64,000 nucleotides of DNA, from the IMG/VR virus record IMGVR_UViG_3300032298_001038, positions 64,001 through 128,000 of that record, one strand, 5' to 3'. Positions 26,384 through 36,509 of the stretch are shown piece after piece. The notes under the pieces were generated by a model. That model did no database searches and was not told where the DNA came from. It was given only the letters and a program-made list of their open reading frames with translations. Position 1 is the stretch's first letter; the number at the start of each line of letters is the position of its first letter. Made by a program: the position numbers and the translations under genes. This stretch comes from a virus.

Positions 26384-28315
26384 TTACCCGCCTGCGGGAG
26401 CCGGCTGTCCATATTGCTGCTGCATAACCATGGCGCCGCCTTGTGACCGGGCCTGCTGCCGGATGTCATCAATAATGCTAGTTACGAGCGCGTGCATGGT
26501 GTTGTCGCCGCGCTTGAGTTTGATAAGTTCCGAATCTTTCTGCGACTCGGGCATAGACAGCAACTGATTCGCGATGAGTTGCGCTTGTTGCTGGAGGTCT
26601 TCCGGTGTACGCGGAATGCTGCCAGAGTTTTGCCGCTGCATGAGGAACTGATCGACGGACGTGGGCTGGCCCGGGGCTGGCATTCCCGGCGGACCCGCCG
26701 GTGCTGCTGGTGCGCCGCCTTGCTGCGGCATACCGGTCGCACCGGCACCGGGCTGCCCTACGCCACCTATCATCTCGGCTTGCTGCGACAGGTCCTTCAT
26801 CTGCTGAGACTGTTCCATCTCCTTCTGCATGCGCTCTTGCTCTTCGGCGTAGATACGCTCTTCTTCCAACATCCGCTTTGTCTCTTCCTCGTAATCCAAG
26901 CCGACCGACTTAAGGCCCGTCGTCTTGCTGATCTGCTGGCCCTGCATGAGTTGTAGTTTCGCCATCTGCCGGTTGAGGTCGTCGGCGTGTGTAACGCGCA
27001 TTAACTTGGCGCCCACAGGCTCCCACGACATGATCTTGGCGATGTTGCCGGCGAGATCAGTCAGGAAGCGATTCATGTTATGCGGCAGATGGCTCCAGTT
27101 GGCTTCAAACAAACGAAGCGCGGCAGGAGCAGCCTGAAGTTGCAGTGTGCCGTTAAACAACTCAACCGGCATGCCAATGCACTTCAGCAGCGTTTCCAAA
27201 CCCTGATCCAAAAGTTCGCGCGGAGCCAATTGGCTGGCGTCACCGCCGAGCGCCTGATAGTTGACCGGAAACGGCAGCACGTTCCAGCGGGCTGGGTCCG
27301 TGCGGCGGGCACGGAGCATGGAGTTCACGCGGGCCGTGAAGTTCGAAAGATTGATCGTGTGGACGGGGTCACTCGATTGTGCGTCACCACCGCGGGGCGC
27401 CGGCGTGATTACGCGGAACGGAATCACGTAGTCGAGCGCGACGGCTTCGTTGTATCGATGCAGAATTTGGTAATACCACGCCTGCCGAAAATTCGTCAGC
27501 ACGCGAGAGATACCCCAACCGCGATTGCGCATGCCTGCCAGCGCGTCTTCCTTGAGATGGTAGATCACGCCTTTGTCGAACATCAGGTTCTGTTCATTCT
27601 TGATCGCTTGGATAACTTCCCAACTCGCGCGCTCAAGGTGATGCAAGTGGCCGTTCTTGATCAGCGTGCGGTAGTCCTGCGGAATCTTCCAAACGTACGA
27701 GCACTCGTTGCTGTAGGGGTCCCATAAGATATCTATTTCGTGCGGACTCCAACGCTTGACGTGCATCTGGTCCGAGTCGCCGCTACGGCGGTCGATGTGC
27801 TTCCATTCGCCGGTTACTTTGCACTTGGGGCACGTGGCGTGAAACTGAAAGTTCTGCCACTTGAAATCACACTGCGGGGAGTTGTGTACTTTGTCGAGCG
27901 GCATTTCGAGGCCGCAGCGCTTGCACGACAGATACCGGCGAAATGGCACCAGCAAACTCGTAAACGAGTTGCCATAGGCCATGTAATCCAAGCCGATGCT
28001 GTGCAGTGTATTTTTGATGCTTAGCGTGTCGTCGAGAAACACGCGGAACTTTTCCTTCTCTTCCCGGCCGGTCGTATTTTCACCAATGTCGTAAACTTCG
28101 ACGTCCGTGATGAAGTACGACACCACCCGGTCGATGGCTTGCCGGTAAGGGCCGTTGGCGTTCATGACGTACTCAGTCCAGCGCAAGGCTGTCTGAATAC
28201 TCTCGGGCATAGACAGGCTGGCAATATCGCAGAACGGGTCCGGGAACCGCTCATCAGCGGCTACGCCTTTGCCAAGCGAGTTGTAACCTAAATCTGCGGT
28301 AGGGGCAGTACTCAC
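26384..28315 (-). CDS. probable portal protein
   Basis: RGWGISRVL...ILHRYNEAVALDYVIPFRV pattern as in large-phage portals; ~640 aa; Q/P-rich C-terminal tail. Confidence 0.65.
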   Translation of the reverse strand: MSTAPTADLGYNSLGKGVAADERFPDPFCDIASLSMPESIQTALRWTEYVMNANGPYRQAIDRVVSYFITDVEVYDIGENTTGREEKEKFRVFLDDTLSIKNTLHSIGLDYMAYGNSFTSLLVPFRRYLSCKRCGLEMPLDKVHNSPQCDFKWQNFQFHATCPKCKVTGEWKHIDRRSGDSDQMHVKRWSPHEIDILWDPYSNECSYVWKIPQDYRTLIKNGHLHHLERASWEVIQAIKNEQNLMFDKGVIYHLKEDALAGMRNRGWGISRVLTNFRQAWYYQILHRYNEAVALDYVIPFRVITPAPRGGDAQSSDPVHTINLSNFTARVNSMLRARRTDPARWNVLPFPVNYQALGGDASQLAPRELLDQGLETLLKCIGMPVELFNGTLQLQAAPAALRLFEANWSHLPHNMNRFLTDLAGNIAKIMSWEPVGAKLMRVTHADDLNRQMAKLQLMQGQQISKTTGLKSVGLDYEEETKRMLEEERIYAEEQERMQKEMEQSQQMKDLSQQAEMIGGVGQPGAGATGMPQQGGAPAAPAGPPGMPAPGQPTSVDQFLMQRQNSGSIPRTPEDLQQQAQLIANQLLSMPESQKDSELIKLKRGDNTMHALVTSIIDDIRQQARSQGGAMVMQQQYGQPAPAGG

Positions 28316-28323
28316 CAAATCAC

Positions 28324-28485
28324 CTACTTTTGGTTGGTGTTATGTGCTGCTTCAGCCGCCCGCTTGCGAAAGTCATCGTCCAGTTCGGCGGCCGACGGCT
28401 TTTTGTTATTTATTTGAGCCGCCGTCTTTTCAGGCTCGTGTTCGGGCGGGGTAATACCGGCTTTAATAACGCCGTGCTTTTCCAT
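28324..28485 (-). CDS. small hypothetical protein (MEKHGV..., 53 aa), not in the ORF track
   Basis: fills the gap between neighbours, ATG directly after the upstream stop. Confidence 0.55.
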   Translation of the reverse strand: MEKHGVIKAGITPPEHEPEKTAAQINNKKPSAAELDDDFRKRAAEAAHNTNQK

Positions 28486-28488
28486 AAG

Positions 28489-29424
28489 TTACAGCCCTGT
28501 TGACGTCACCGCGCGCTCGACCGTCAAAACACAATATTCGCGGCTGTCATAAACATACTGAAAACCGGTCGTATGCACAAGATAAAGCCGTTTGTCATCG
28601 CTGATTTGTGCGGCCCACGGGCGTTGATACGGATCATTAGCGGGCGGAAACCAGCGCGCAGCATTCTGGTCAAAACGCAAATCGTAAATTAACACAATAA
28701 ACCCGCTTTCTTCCAGCCCGTACTCGTCGGTAGCGGTCAGCGAGACGATAACGTCGTGGAAGAAGGCCGGAACAGTCCCGATACCCTCTTTTTCAAAGTA
28801 CACAAGTTTTTGCGGCGGACCGACACGTTGCGCGTGACCGATAGCGCCCGCAGCGTTTTGCGTCTGCGTCGGCGGTTTCTTTTTCAAGCCAAATGCGGCC
28901 ATCGGGCTGTAGTTGCGGTCAATTTTTTCTAGCGGCGGCCCGGGCGGAACAGGCGGAGGAGTGACGCCGCGAATCTCCTCTTCTAATTCGTTAACAATTT
29001 CAATCTCGTCAAAGTCTTCTTCTACCGGCGGCTGCGCAGGCGAGACGAGCGCGTTTGTTTTCTTCGCCGGTACGCGCTGAACGCCGGATTTTGCCATCTT
29101 TGCCATTTCTTCAAAAACCATTGCGGCACGCTCCCGTATCGAGTCAATATCGTCACCGACTATTATTTCATTGGCTTTCGCCATCGCCACGTTTAAACGA
29201 TCCGACGTAAACTCACTCAGCGCCACATCGCTAGTATTTTTGCCATTTGGGTCCACGATGTTTATACGCACTTTTGACATATCGTGAGGATCGTAGTTCA
29301 CCGGCGTGCCGCCCGCAGTGGCTTTACCGACAACTACGCCGCGCAGACCAGCCGGGCCACGGCGGATGTAGTCCGCCATTGTGCGCCCGTTTTCCATCTG
29401 GATTTCAGAAGGGTCTTTGTACAT
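28489..29424 (-). CDS. hypothetical protein
   Basis: 311-aa ORF. Confidence 0.75.
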   Translation of the reverse strand: MYKDPSEIQMENGRTMADYIRRGPAGLRGVVVGKATAGGTPVNYDPHDMSKVRINIVDPNGKNTSDVALSEFTSDRLNVAMAKANEIIVGDDIDSIRERAAMVFEEMAKMAKSGVQRVPAKKTNALVSPAQPPVEEDFDEIEIVNELEEEIRGVTPPPVPPGPPLEKIDRNYSPMAAFGLKKKPPTQTQNAAGAIGHAQRVGPPQKLVYFEKEGIGTVPAFFHDVIVSLTATDEYGLEESGFIVLIYDLRFDQNAARWFPPANDPYQRPWAAQISDDKRLYLVHTTGFQYVYDSREYCVLTVERAVTSTGL

Positions 29425-29438
29425 AGTCTCTGATATCT

Positions 29439-29474
29439 AAAAAAAAAGGGGCGCGCTGCGTAGCGCTAACCCCC
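29439..29474 (-). terminator. intrinsic terminator
   Basis: GGGG..GCGCT/AGCGC..CCCC hairpin followed by T9 on the minus strand. Confidence 0.6.
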
Positions 29475-29747
29475 AAAGTTTTCGGGGCGGAGTCCGTCAC
29501 ACACACTGTATAACAGACTTTTCTGAATCTGAAAATACAACCTGCCGAGTGGCACGCCGGCGCCGCACACTTCAGTGACGCGCTCCGGCGACGTAATTAC
29601 TTCGGCAAAAACTCCGCCAGACAACAGATGCGCTACCACTAAACCCGAATCGTCGTCTTCCGGAAAAACCGGCAAGATACGAGGATTTGCGTCGTAGTCG
29701 AGTAACCACGATAAAATTGGTTTTTCGGGTTTAAGGAAGTAGCGCAT
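29466..29747 (-). CDS. hypothetical protein
   Basis: ORF track. Confidence 0.65.
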   Translation of the reverse strand: MRYFLKPEKPILSWLLDYDANPRILPVFPEDDDSGLVVAHLLSGGVFAEVITSPERVTEVCGAGVPLGRLYFQIQKSLLYSVCDGLRPENFGG

Positions 29748-29752
29748 GGTTG

Positions 29753-30817
29753 TTATGCGATCTTGGCCGCAGGGAACGAGGGCTTGGTGTCGGGCGCCAC
29801 TGGCGCAGCAAACGGCCCAGAGTTGTTCGGCGGCGGCGACCAGTCCACGGGCGACAGCACAGTTCCGGCGTAATCTTCCGGCATGTCCTGCACCGTTTCG
29901 AGCGGAAACACCTGTAAGGCAGACAATCGACTGACGCGCACCGGTTGCGAAGGATTCTTCGCTGCCAGCAGCAGGTCATTAAAAGACGCCTCCCACTGAT
30001 ACTTTGGCGGAAGCGCTGCGCGCATCGCCGCTACGGCCGCGTCCGGTACCGCGACGACAGCCTCGTCAAACGGCAACGAAAACGTGCAGTGGTCGCGCTG
30101 GAAGAGCAACGCGTCAACAGCAGTTGCCCATTCAACCTCGACGCCGCCGAACTCCGCGCGGAATTCAGAGACAAGGTTGTCCAGTTCAGCCGTACCAACC
30201 GACATCGGGAACTCGATGCCGTGTCGCGCCAAAATCTTCGCGGCTGGATTGGGCCGTCTGACGGACACCTGACCCAAAGTCGCCGCCGGGTTTTCCAACT
30301 CAAAGCCAAGCACGCCAGAATAGTCTTCAGCGACAATCTTGCCGTGCTCATTGCGAACAACTTCCGGAAACCGAAACACCGACAGATTCTCGTGTACGCC
30401 AAACGACACGCGCTGCCCGTACGCGACAAGATTCGCGAGCAGTTCGTTTGCGCGGCGGGCAAGTACGACGTTGTTCGCCGGTAGCGTACGGCCGCCACCT
30501 CGCGGCGTGTAGGGCATCGTCAGGTCGTAACTAAAGATCGGCGTGTACACAAGCCGGTCGTTCTGCTGTCGGCTGATGGCGCCGGTGAAGTTCAACGACT
30601 CGCCTTCGAGCGTCAGCAGCGGGGGTCGGCGGCCGGTGATACGCCGCACAGGTTTGTCGAACGTCTGGTCGATGCCGGGCAGATACAACCCGGCAACAAC
30701 GCCGTCAAGATAGTGGGAAACGTTCTCCCACCGTTTCAGCAGTCGACGCTGCTGAGCGATTACCGCGGTCACCTTCTGGGCGGTTCCAGTATTCGTATTT
30801 TCTGCTGCAATTGTCAT
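29753..30817 (-). CDS. hypothetical protein
   Basis: 354-aa ORF. Confidence 0.75.
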   Translation of the reverse strand: MTIAAENTNTGTAQKVTAVIAQQRRLLKRWENVSHYLDGVVAGLYLPGIDQTFDKPVRRITGRRPPLLTLEGESLNFTGAISRQQNDRLVYTPIFSYDLTMPYTPRGGGRTLPANNVVLARRANELLANLVAYGQRVSFGVHENLSVFRFPEVVRNEHGKIVAEDYSGVLGFELENPAATLGQVSVRRPNPAAKILARHGIEFPMSVGTAELDNLVSEFRAEFGGVEVEWATAVDALLFQRDHCTFSLPFDEAVVAVPDAAVAAMRAALPPKYQWEASFNDLLLAAKNPSQPVRVSRLSALQVFPLETVQDMPEDYAGTVLSPVDWSPPPNNSGPFAAPVAPDTKPSFPAAKIA

Positions 30818-30826
30818 GGGCGTCCT

Positions 30827-31012
30827 TTACAGGCTTCGGACTACATCGCGGCGACGTACGCCAGCGTCATAATAAGTGTTCTGTTTTTCTACTTCCCATT
30901 CTTGTGGAGTGACGACAATTGGTGGTCGCGAGTAGAACACCAATAGAATTTTGTCGTCCCCAATCTTTCGCTGGCGCTTGACCGCGCTACCACGAAAAGT
31001 AACAACACGCAT
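30827..31012 (-). CDS. hypothetical protein (MRVVTF...)
   Basis: start trimmed to the ATG with a GAGG RBS. Confidence 0.6.
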   Translation of the reverse strand: MRVVTFRGSAVKRQRKIGDDKILLVFYSRPPIVVTPQEWEVEKQNTYYDAGVRRRDVVRSL

Positions 31013-31044
31013 GTGACCCTCTTTACTAGCACGCCCTAGAAAAT

Positions 31045-31085
31045 GGGGGTGCTGTAAATATGCCACGTTTTTGCGAAAAATTTAG
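31045..31085. promoter_or_regulatory. 41-bp conserved intergenic motif, copy 2
   Basis: 34/41 identical to 9171..9211. Confidence 0.6.
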
Positions 31086-31495
31086 TTGTCTGGATCGGGC
31101 AGCGCGCTGTCGAAAATGTTGATCGTTTCGCCGTCTTCGTCGGAGAAAAACTCATCCGGAGAGACACCCGACTTTTGCGGTGACGGGGCGTTCAGTTGCG
31201 GCGGGTCTTCAAGGTGTGTTGGGTCGACGCCGAGGTAGCCGGTGTCGTCTGGTTCGATCTCCTGCGCCGTGTCGAAGAGCGGGATGTTGCCAGTCGGCGT
31301 CATCAGGTGGCGCATCGGGGGTTTTGATATGTTTAACCGCTTACCTTGGTAGCAGGCTACGGATACGTCGTGATTGATGAGCGCTTTCAGGCGGGCGGCA
31401 AGTTCTTCAGCAGTGTTGAACACTTCTGCGGCAAAAGAACCGTCGGCCTGAAGGACGACGACGTGAAACAAGTCTGTGTTGTTTTCTTCAGTCAT
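31082..31495 (-). CDS. acidic hypothetical protein (MTEENN...)
   Basis: start trimmed to follow the upstream stop. Confidence 0.65.
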   Translation of the reverse strand: MTEENNTDLFHVVVLQADGSFAAEVFNTAEELAARLKALINHDVSVACYQGKRLNISKPPMRHLMTPTGNIPLFDTAQEIEPDDTGYLGVDPTHLEDPPQLNAPSPQKSGVSPDEFFSDEDGETINIFDSALPDPDN

Positions 31496-31496
31496 G

Positions 31497-32141
31497 TTAC
31501 TCGCACACGATGAGGGGGTCGTTGCCGTCAAACGGACTGAGAATTCCGTTTTGCTGCAAGAAGTTTAAAGCGGCTTGTTCGTTCGGTACGGGTACGTGGC
31601 GCACAACTGGCGGGCCGGCCATGCGTTTCTCCAGCATGGCAATGAATCGATTTGAAATGATACCGAACACCTTTACTTGCAGTATCTCGTTAAACCGCGA
31701 CGTGGGGTCCGGAATAGAGATATCGTAAGCAAAGGTGCTCGCGAAATATCCGCTGCGCGATTCAGAAAACGCAATGCCAGATAAAAAGGCAAAGCATTCT
31801 TCTTCGCGCTGCTGGGCGATGCCGTACAACCTCTTGTCCCAGTTCACCGGGCGCTGGCGGCCGGGGAGCGCGTGCTGCCCAAGACCAGAAAAGAACACTT
31901 CGTTAGTGTCAGGTTTCAAGTCAATGCAGAACGGCCGCAGATCAGCGGACTCGGCCGGGAAGCGCGCGTCGAACTCAATTATGGGGTCTCGATCAAAGCG
32001 CCCGGATGTGATCAGCAGCGCAGGGGTGAACAAAGATATTTGTTTGTTCAGCCCGCGAAGCGACTCGGAGCATGACCGCGCTGCGATATCGTCAGCGTTT
32101 GTGACTTCATCGACACGCGTAAAAGAGGGCGGAAGAACCAT
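31497..32141 (-). CDS. hypothetical protein
   Basis: ORF track. Confidence 0.7.
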   Translation of the reverse strand: MVLPPSFTRVDEVTNADDIAARSCSESLRGLNKQISLFTPALLITSGRFDRDPIIEFDARFPAESADLRPFCIDLKPDTNEVFFSGLGQHALPGRQRPVNWDKRLYGIAQQREEECFAFLSGIAFSESRSGYFASTFAYDISIPDPTSRFNEILQVKVFGIISNRFIAMLEKRMAGPPVVRHVPVPNEQAALNFLQQNGILSPFDGNDPLIVCE

Positions 32142-32142
32142 G

Positions 32143-32781
32143 TCATTTCTTTGGTTGCGGCATGCCGGCGTGAACTTTTTGAATAAGCAACAGTAACACG
32201 AACGCCGCGTCCACTACGTTGTCGATACCCGTAGATTTGTACTTCGACGTGTCGAACGCAGCGCCTAACGCTTTGTTGGCGGCAATGATCATTTCTTCTT
32301 TGCTCGCCTTGCCGTTACCCGTCGCGTACTTCTTGATTGTTGAAATAGCATAACCGTTCGACACCAAGTTGTGTTCTTCCGCCCATGTAGCCACCGTCAC
32401 CTTCATACCGCCCAATACCTCAGACGCCGTGGCGACGCGAGACAATACGGCTGGAATGCCAAATTTTTTGTTAACGAAGAATTCCTTGGGTGGAGAATAT
32501 TTGACATCTTCGTAACCGATTACTTCAGGTTTCGTTACGTTTAAAAACGCACGCAGCCGCACAAACCGTGCGGCGCCGGACTCAAGGCCCTGCGGCGACA
32601 AGTCCCACTGAAACAGTTGCAGTTTTTCCTGCAACAACTTTTTGCCCGGAATGTAGTCGTACACTGCCACGCCACAATTACTGCCCAAGTCGAGGCCAAG
32701 GAATCGCGTTGCGTCATCCGGACACGGACCCACTTTGGAGGCAAACGTCTCCGGGTCCTTGTACATCCTGTACTTCGGCAT
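32143..32781 (-). CDS. RuvC-like Holliday junction resolvase
   Basis: LGLDLGSNCG, GYEDV, IKKYATGNGKASKEEM, DNVVDA. Confidence 0.85.
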   Translation of the reverse strand: MPKYRMYKDPETFASKVGPCPDDATRFLGLDLGSNCGVAVYDYIPGKKLLQEKLQLFQWDLSPQGLESGAARFVRLRAFLNVTKPEVIGYEDVKYSPPKEFFVNKKFGIPAVLSRVATASEVLGGMKVTVATWAEEHNLVSNGYAISTIKKYATGNGKASKEEMIIAANKALGAAFDTSKYKSTGIDNVVDAAFVLLLLIQKVHAGMPQPKK

Positions 32782-33449
32782 TACTTCGTCTTTCTAAAAA
32801 CGTTAAACAAACGGCGGAGCCACGATTTTTTAACTGGCGGCTCTAAGGTCGCTGTAAGTTTGCGAACCTCTTCGCTGCATTTGCCCAACTCCGAAGAGCG
32901 AGCCTTCAGTTCGGTCAGCAATTTCTGAATTCGAGTTTGCAATACATCTTGATACATGCGCAGATGTTCTGCCATAAAATTGGCGTCATACGTGACGCCT
33001 TTTGTGTGGTTTACAAACTCACGCACCGTCGCGCAAAACCGCGCCATATCCGTGTGGGCGGGAGATTCTTCACCAACAATAGATACCTCACGCACGGCGA
33101 TAAACCACGCCGCACAAAACACTTCTCCAATCGTCGCGAAGATAAACTGCCGCACGGCGTAACGCGAGTTATGAAAATCGTACCGAAGCAACGCCTGCTC
33201 AAAACTTAACACCGGGTCAGCGCCGTTGACGAAATCACGCTGAGCGCTCGCGAACGCGGTCAATGCGGCGTTGATTTCGTCAGCCGTGATATTTTGCTTC
33301 TCGCGCCACTGTGCTCGATCAGCCGGCTCGTTGACTTCTAGGTTTTCAACCGCAATGCGCATGAGCGTCGGCGTAATGTATGCGTAATCCCGCTCGGGAT
33401 TGTACATAGGGCCGGTGTCACCCTTTTGCCGATAGCCGATGTCACCCAT
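32781..33449 (-). CDS. hypothetical protein
   Basis: ORF track. Confidence 0.7.
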   Translation of the reverse strand: MGDIGYRQKGDTGPMYNPERDYAYITPTLMRIAVENLEVNEPADRAQWREKQNITADEINAALTAFASAQRDFVNGADPVLSFEQALLRYDFHNSRYAVRQFIFATIGEVFCAAWFIAVREVSIVGEESPAHTDMARFCATVREFVNHTKGVTYDANFMAEHLRMYQDVLQTRIQKLLTELKARSSELGKCSEEVRKLTATLEPPVKKSWLRRLFNVFRKTK

Positions 33450-33473
33450 CTGTTCCTCCTTGAACTGGCTGCG

Positions 33474-34319
33474 CTAATTGGCAATGTGCCTATTTGATTT
33501 GCAACAGTTGACGCACATCGCCGCCGGGTTTTCTGGATCAAAAAACGCGATGGTGTTGCATATCCGGCAGTGCGTTTCAACGTACGTCTTGGCGTGCGTC
33601 GCGTAAGAACACTCGTTATATCCGACGGGGCAATTGACGCAAGAGTGCTGAAATTCATTCGGGCAGGGTTTGACCCGGCAGCGCACCTCTAGCAACGACT
33701 TGTTAGCCTTGAGCATGCTACTGGTAATGCTTACGCGATGAAACGACGGCCTGTCACGGGAGCGGTCGGCTTCGACGTGGGCGAAGAACATCAAGTTAAC
33801 AAAGTGCATGCCAATGCCGGCATACTGGTACGGCCCCCACGAGTTCGTCGAGAAACCGACGATTCGCGAGATGGCGCGACAACTGTTAGCAGAGAAAAAC
33901 TGCGTAAATAACTCGGCGCATGGCGTACCGGCCAGCGCGCGGCAATGAAACAAAAATCCGTGCTTGTCTTTCCGTTTCATCGGCACAACTTTTTCGACGC
34001 AGATGGGCACGATCTCGTCGCGCATCTGCCGCGTCCAAGGCACAACGGGTTCGCCGGCGATCAGGAGGTCTATATTGCCGGCCAGCCGCCACGCAAGTTT
34101 TGCCGCAGGCTTAGCGGTTAACTGCGTTCCCGCCATTAAACGTATCGTCTCAAAAACAGCGTTCCGCGACACCGTTGGCGGCAGCGCGGAACACAAACTG
34201 TCAGTGATTTCGTAAATAGTGTTTCCGACAATCGATTGATCAATGTGCCCGCGGAGTATTTCAAACAACTGCGCTCGGCGGGTAAAAATCTGTTTCCGGC
34301 TAAATTTTTTCGCCGTCAT
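33474..34319 (-). CDS. hypothetical protein with C-terminal Cys cluster (Zn-binding)
   Basis: CRVKPC...CVNC...C...CRIC...CVNC. Confidence 0.7.
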   Translation of the reverse strand: MTAKKFSRKQIFTRRAQLFEILRGHIDQSIVGNTIYEITDSLCSALPPTVSRNAVFETIRLMAGTQLTAKPAAKLAWRLAGNIDLLIAGEPVVPWTRQMRDEIVPICVEKVVPMKRKDKHGFLFHCRALAGTPCAELFTQFFSANSCRAISRIVGFSTNSWGPYQYAGIGMHFVNLMFFAHVEADRSRDRPSFHRVSITSSMLKANKSLLEVRCRVKPCPNEFQHSCVNCPVGYNECSYATHAKTYVETHCRICNTIAFFDPENPAAMCVNCCKSNRHIAN

Positions 34320-34957
34320 TGTGTCTGTAGGGTAACGGGGGCAGCCGACGAAATGTCGGGCGAGTTATCTGCTGGTGCGGTTGTCGTGTCAGTCACAACC
34401 TGCTTGTTTTTATTAGCGGTTTCCCACTCCTTGAACGCAGTGACACAACGATCGTTGGTCTTTTGCGCCAAGTCAGCAACCTGCTTGGACAACTCACGAA
34501 GGGAGACAATAATAAAACCAAACTCGTTCGTAATCAGTGTCGACAGGTCGCCAATGCACGAAAGCGTCTGCATCTTGACGCTGTGGTCAACTGTCTTGTC
34601 GCCTTTGCTGATAGCAAAATCGAGCGTCAGACCTTTGAAGATAACCTGCGGCGGCAGCGGCTCGTCGGTTGAACGCCCGTTGAGTTCCGCAGCCAAAATC
34701 TTCAGCGTGTCAAAACGCTGATACAAACGCTCCATCTCTTGCGTCATGTCTCGCATAAACGTCGAGGGATTGATGCGCTCGACCGACGGTGTTTCCATTT
34801 GAATGCCCGGGACGCTGGCGGCAGTCATCGCTTTGGCAGCCATTTCCTTGATGGCCTGCTCCATCTGTGCAGTATTTAAGCGCACAGGGACGTTCTGCAC
34901 GTTCGGGCCGGTAGTGGTCACAGATTGAGCGTCAACAATTGTGGGCTTATCGGCCAT
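34316..34957 (-). CDS. hypothetical protein
   Basis: ORF track, ATGA overlap. Confidence 0.7.
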   Translation of the reverse strand: MADKPTIVDAQSVTTTGPNVQNVPVRLNTAQMEQAIKEMAAKAMTAASVPGIQMETPSVERINPSTFMRDMTQEMERLYQRFDTLKILAAELNGRSTDEPLPPQVIFKGLTLDFAISKGDKTVDHSVKMQTLSCIGDLSTLITNEFGFIIVSLRELSKQVADLAQKTNDRCVTAFKEWETANKNKQVVTDTTTAPADNSPDISSAAPVTLQTQ

Positions 34958-34959
34958 GT

Positions 34960-35367
34960 TTATCTCTCCGTAGCGATGGCGAATCCAAACCAGTAGCGAA
35001 GTCCTACTGCCGTATTTATATCGTCTCCGTAAATTAAGTCAACAGGGTTTCCAGTGACCACGTGCAACGTTCTAACCGGTTTCGCCACATACCCAACGCA
35101 GGCGATACCGATTTGAATGACAGCGGCAAACGCGAGGTCTGCTTTGGGGCTTAGCAGGTACTCAAATACCGGTATCCGTAAATACTGATCGTTGGTAGTC
35201 AAGGCAATGCTCGGCGGAGAGGCAGCGTCTACGCGAGCATCAATAACAAACCAGTCTTCTGGCAGCCCGGGTTGTTTTGCGTGAATAAGCGCGGGCGAGA
35301 ACGGCTTATCAGACGGCCAGTTCTCTCGCGTGGCTTTCATATCTAAACGCGATACAACAATTTTCAT
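34960..35367 (-). CDS. hypothetical protein
   Basis: ORF track. Confidence 0.65.
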   Translation of the reverse strand: MKIVVSRLDMKATRENWPSDKPFSPALIHAKQPGLPEDWFVIDARVDAASPPSIALTTNDQYLRIPVFEYLLSPKADLAFAAVIQIGIACVGYVAKPVRTLHVVTGNPVDLIYGDDINTAVGLRYWFGFAIATER

Positions 35368-36065
35368 AGTTCAATTGTCCGGGCTACAACAGCCTCGACG
35401 CCGCTGTCGTTAACGTTGATTCGCACACCGTCGCGGAAATGACACAGAGGAATGTTTTGATGCTTTAGGGCTGCCCCGAGAATACGGTCGCCGTTCTTCT
35501 GCTGGAAGTCTGGAGACGGAAAGTCAAAGCGACGCAGCAACTCTGTCTTAATCGCCCACCAACCGCTGATGACGTATGGCAAGTAAGTGTTGTCCTGCTC
35601 AGGGTTGAACCACGTTTGCTGCGACGCCCACGCCAGTTGCGCATCCGGTAGTTTCGCCTTCTGGACAGACCCAATCAGGTTGCAGCCATTGACGCTTTTT
35701 ATGACGCGTTCCAGCCAGTCTTCAACCGTACACTCTTTCGGCTCCAGATACGAGTCGTGATCAAACCACATTGTAATCGGCGCCCTGATCGCCGGCTCGT
35801 GAAACATTTGACGCATCATGGGGTATTTCATGATGTTGTTCGCGCTATGGAACAAGACGGTGCTGTGAAAGTGATCCGCAATCTGCCGCTGCAAAAATGA
35901 CGCCGTGTCTGGCCCCACAGCGTTGCAGCCAAAACGGAATTCAATATTCCGCTTGGCTAGGCAACGCATAGGGTCATTCAGCACCCGCTGCGCGAGTTTG
36001 AAGTGTTGTTCTTCTGCGCCGTAAAACAACACGCAGATACAGACGTCAGCGGCTCCATCCGCCAT
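35364..36065 (-). CDS. glycosyltransferase-like protein (GT-A fold)
   Basis: MWFDHDSY DxD-like motif, SGWWAIKT, GDRILG. Confidence 0.55.
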   Translation of the reverse strand: MADGAADVCICVLFYGAEEQHFKLAQRVLNDPMRCLAKRNIEFRFGCNAVGPDTASFLQRQIADHFHSTVLFHSANNIMKYPMMRQMFHEPAIRAPITMWFDHDSYLEPKECTVEDWLERVIKSVNGCNLIGSVQKAKLPDAQLAWASQQTWFNPEQDNTYLPYVISGWWAIKTELLRRFDFPSPDFQQKNGDRILGAALKHQNIPLCHFRDGVRINVNDSGVEAVVARTIEL

Positions 36066-36080
36066 ATCGAATCCGTTCGA

Positions 36081-36509
36081 TTAGAGGGCTTTAAAATGTT
36101 CCTCAATCACGGCAGCAATCTTCGCAAACGACGTGCCGCTGTCGTTTAACGCCATAAGCGTGGTTTCTTGTTTGATGGCAACTTCGTGGCCAAAGTAACC
36201 ATCATCTGACTCCATCCCAGACCAACGCCGCACGGGGTCGGGCAAAGAGTATTCTTCAGGCGTCCAAACATTTCGTGCGTCGAATCCAAAAATCGTATGG
36301 CCGGCAGAAACATTTTCGCCGGCGCCGGCTTTACGCGCGCGAACGCGAATTTTGTGTTCGTGTTCTTTCTGATAAAGATCGCACAGCACGCCCAAACAAC
36401 AATGCTTGGTAATGCCGGTTTTTGTTTTTACCTTCAACGCCCCGCGGCCCTGCTTGTACCGCTTCGACCGCAGGGCTTTGACCCACTTTTTGGCAATCGC
36501 GGCTTTCAT
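36081..36509 (-). CDS. conserved phage hypothetical protein
   Basis: WVKALRS..YKQG...HCCLGVLCDL...LNDSG.SFAKIA. Confidence 0.75.
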   Translation of the reverse strand: MKAAIAKKWVKALRSKRYKQGRGALKVKTKTGITKHCCLGVLCDLYQKEHEHKIRVRARKAGAGENVSAGHTIFGFDARNVWTPEEYSLPDPVRRWSGMESDDGYFGHEVAIKQETTLMALNDSGTSFAKIAAVIEEHFKAL

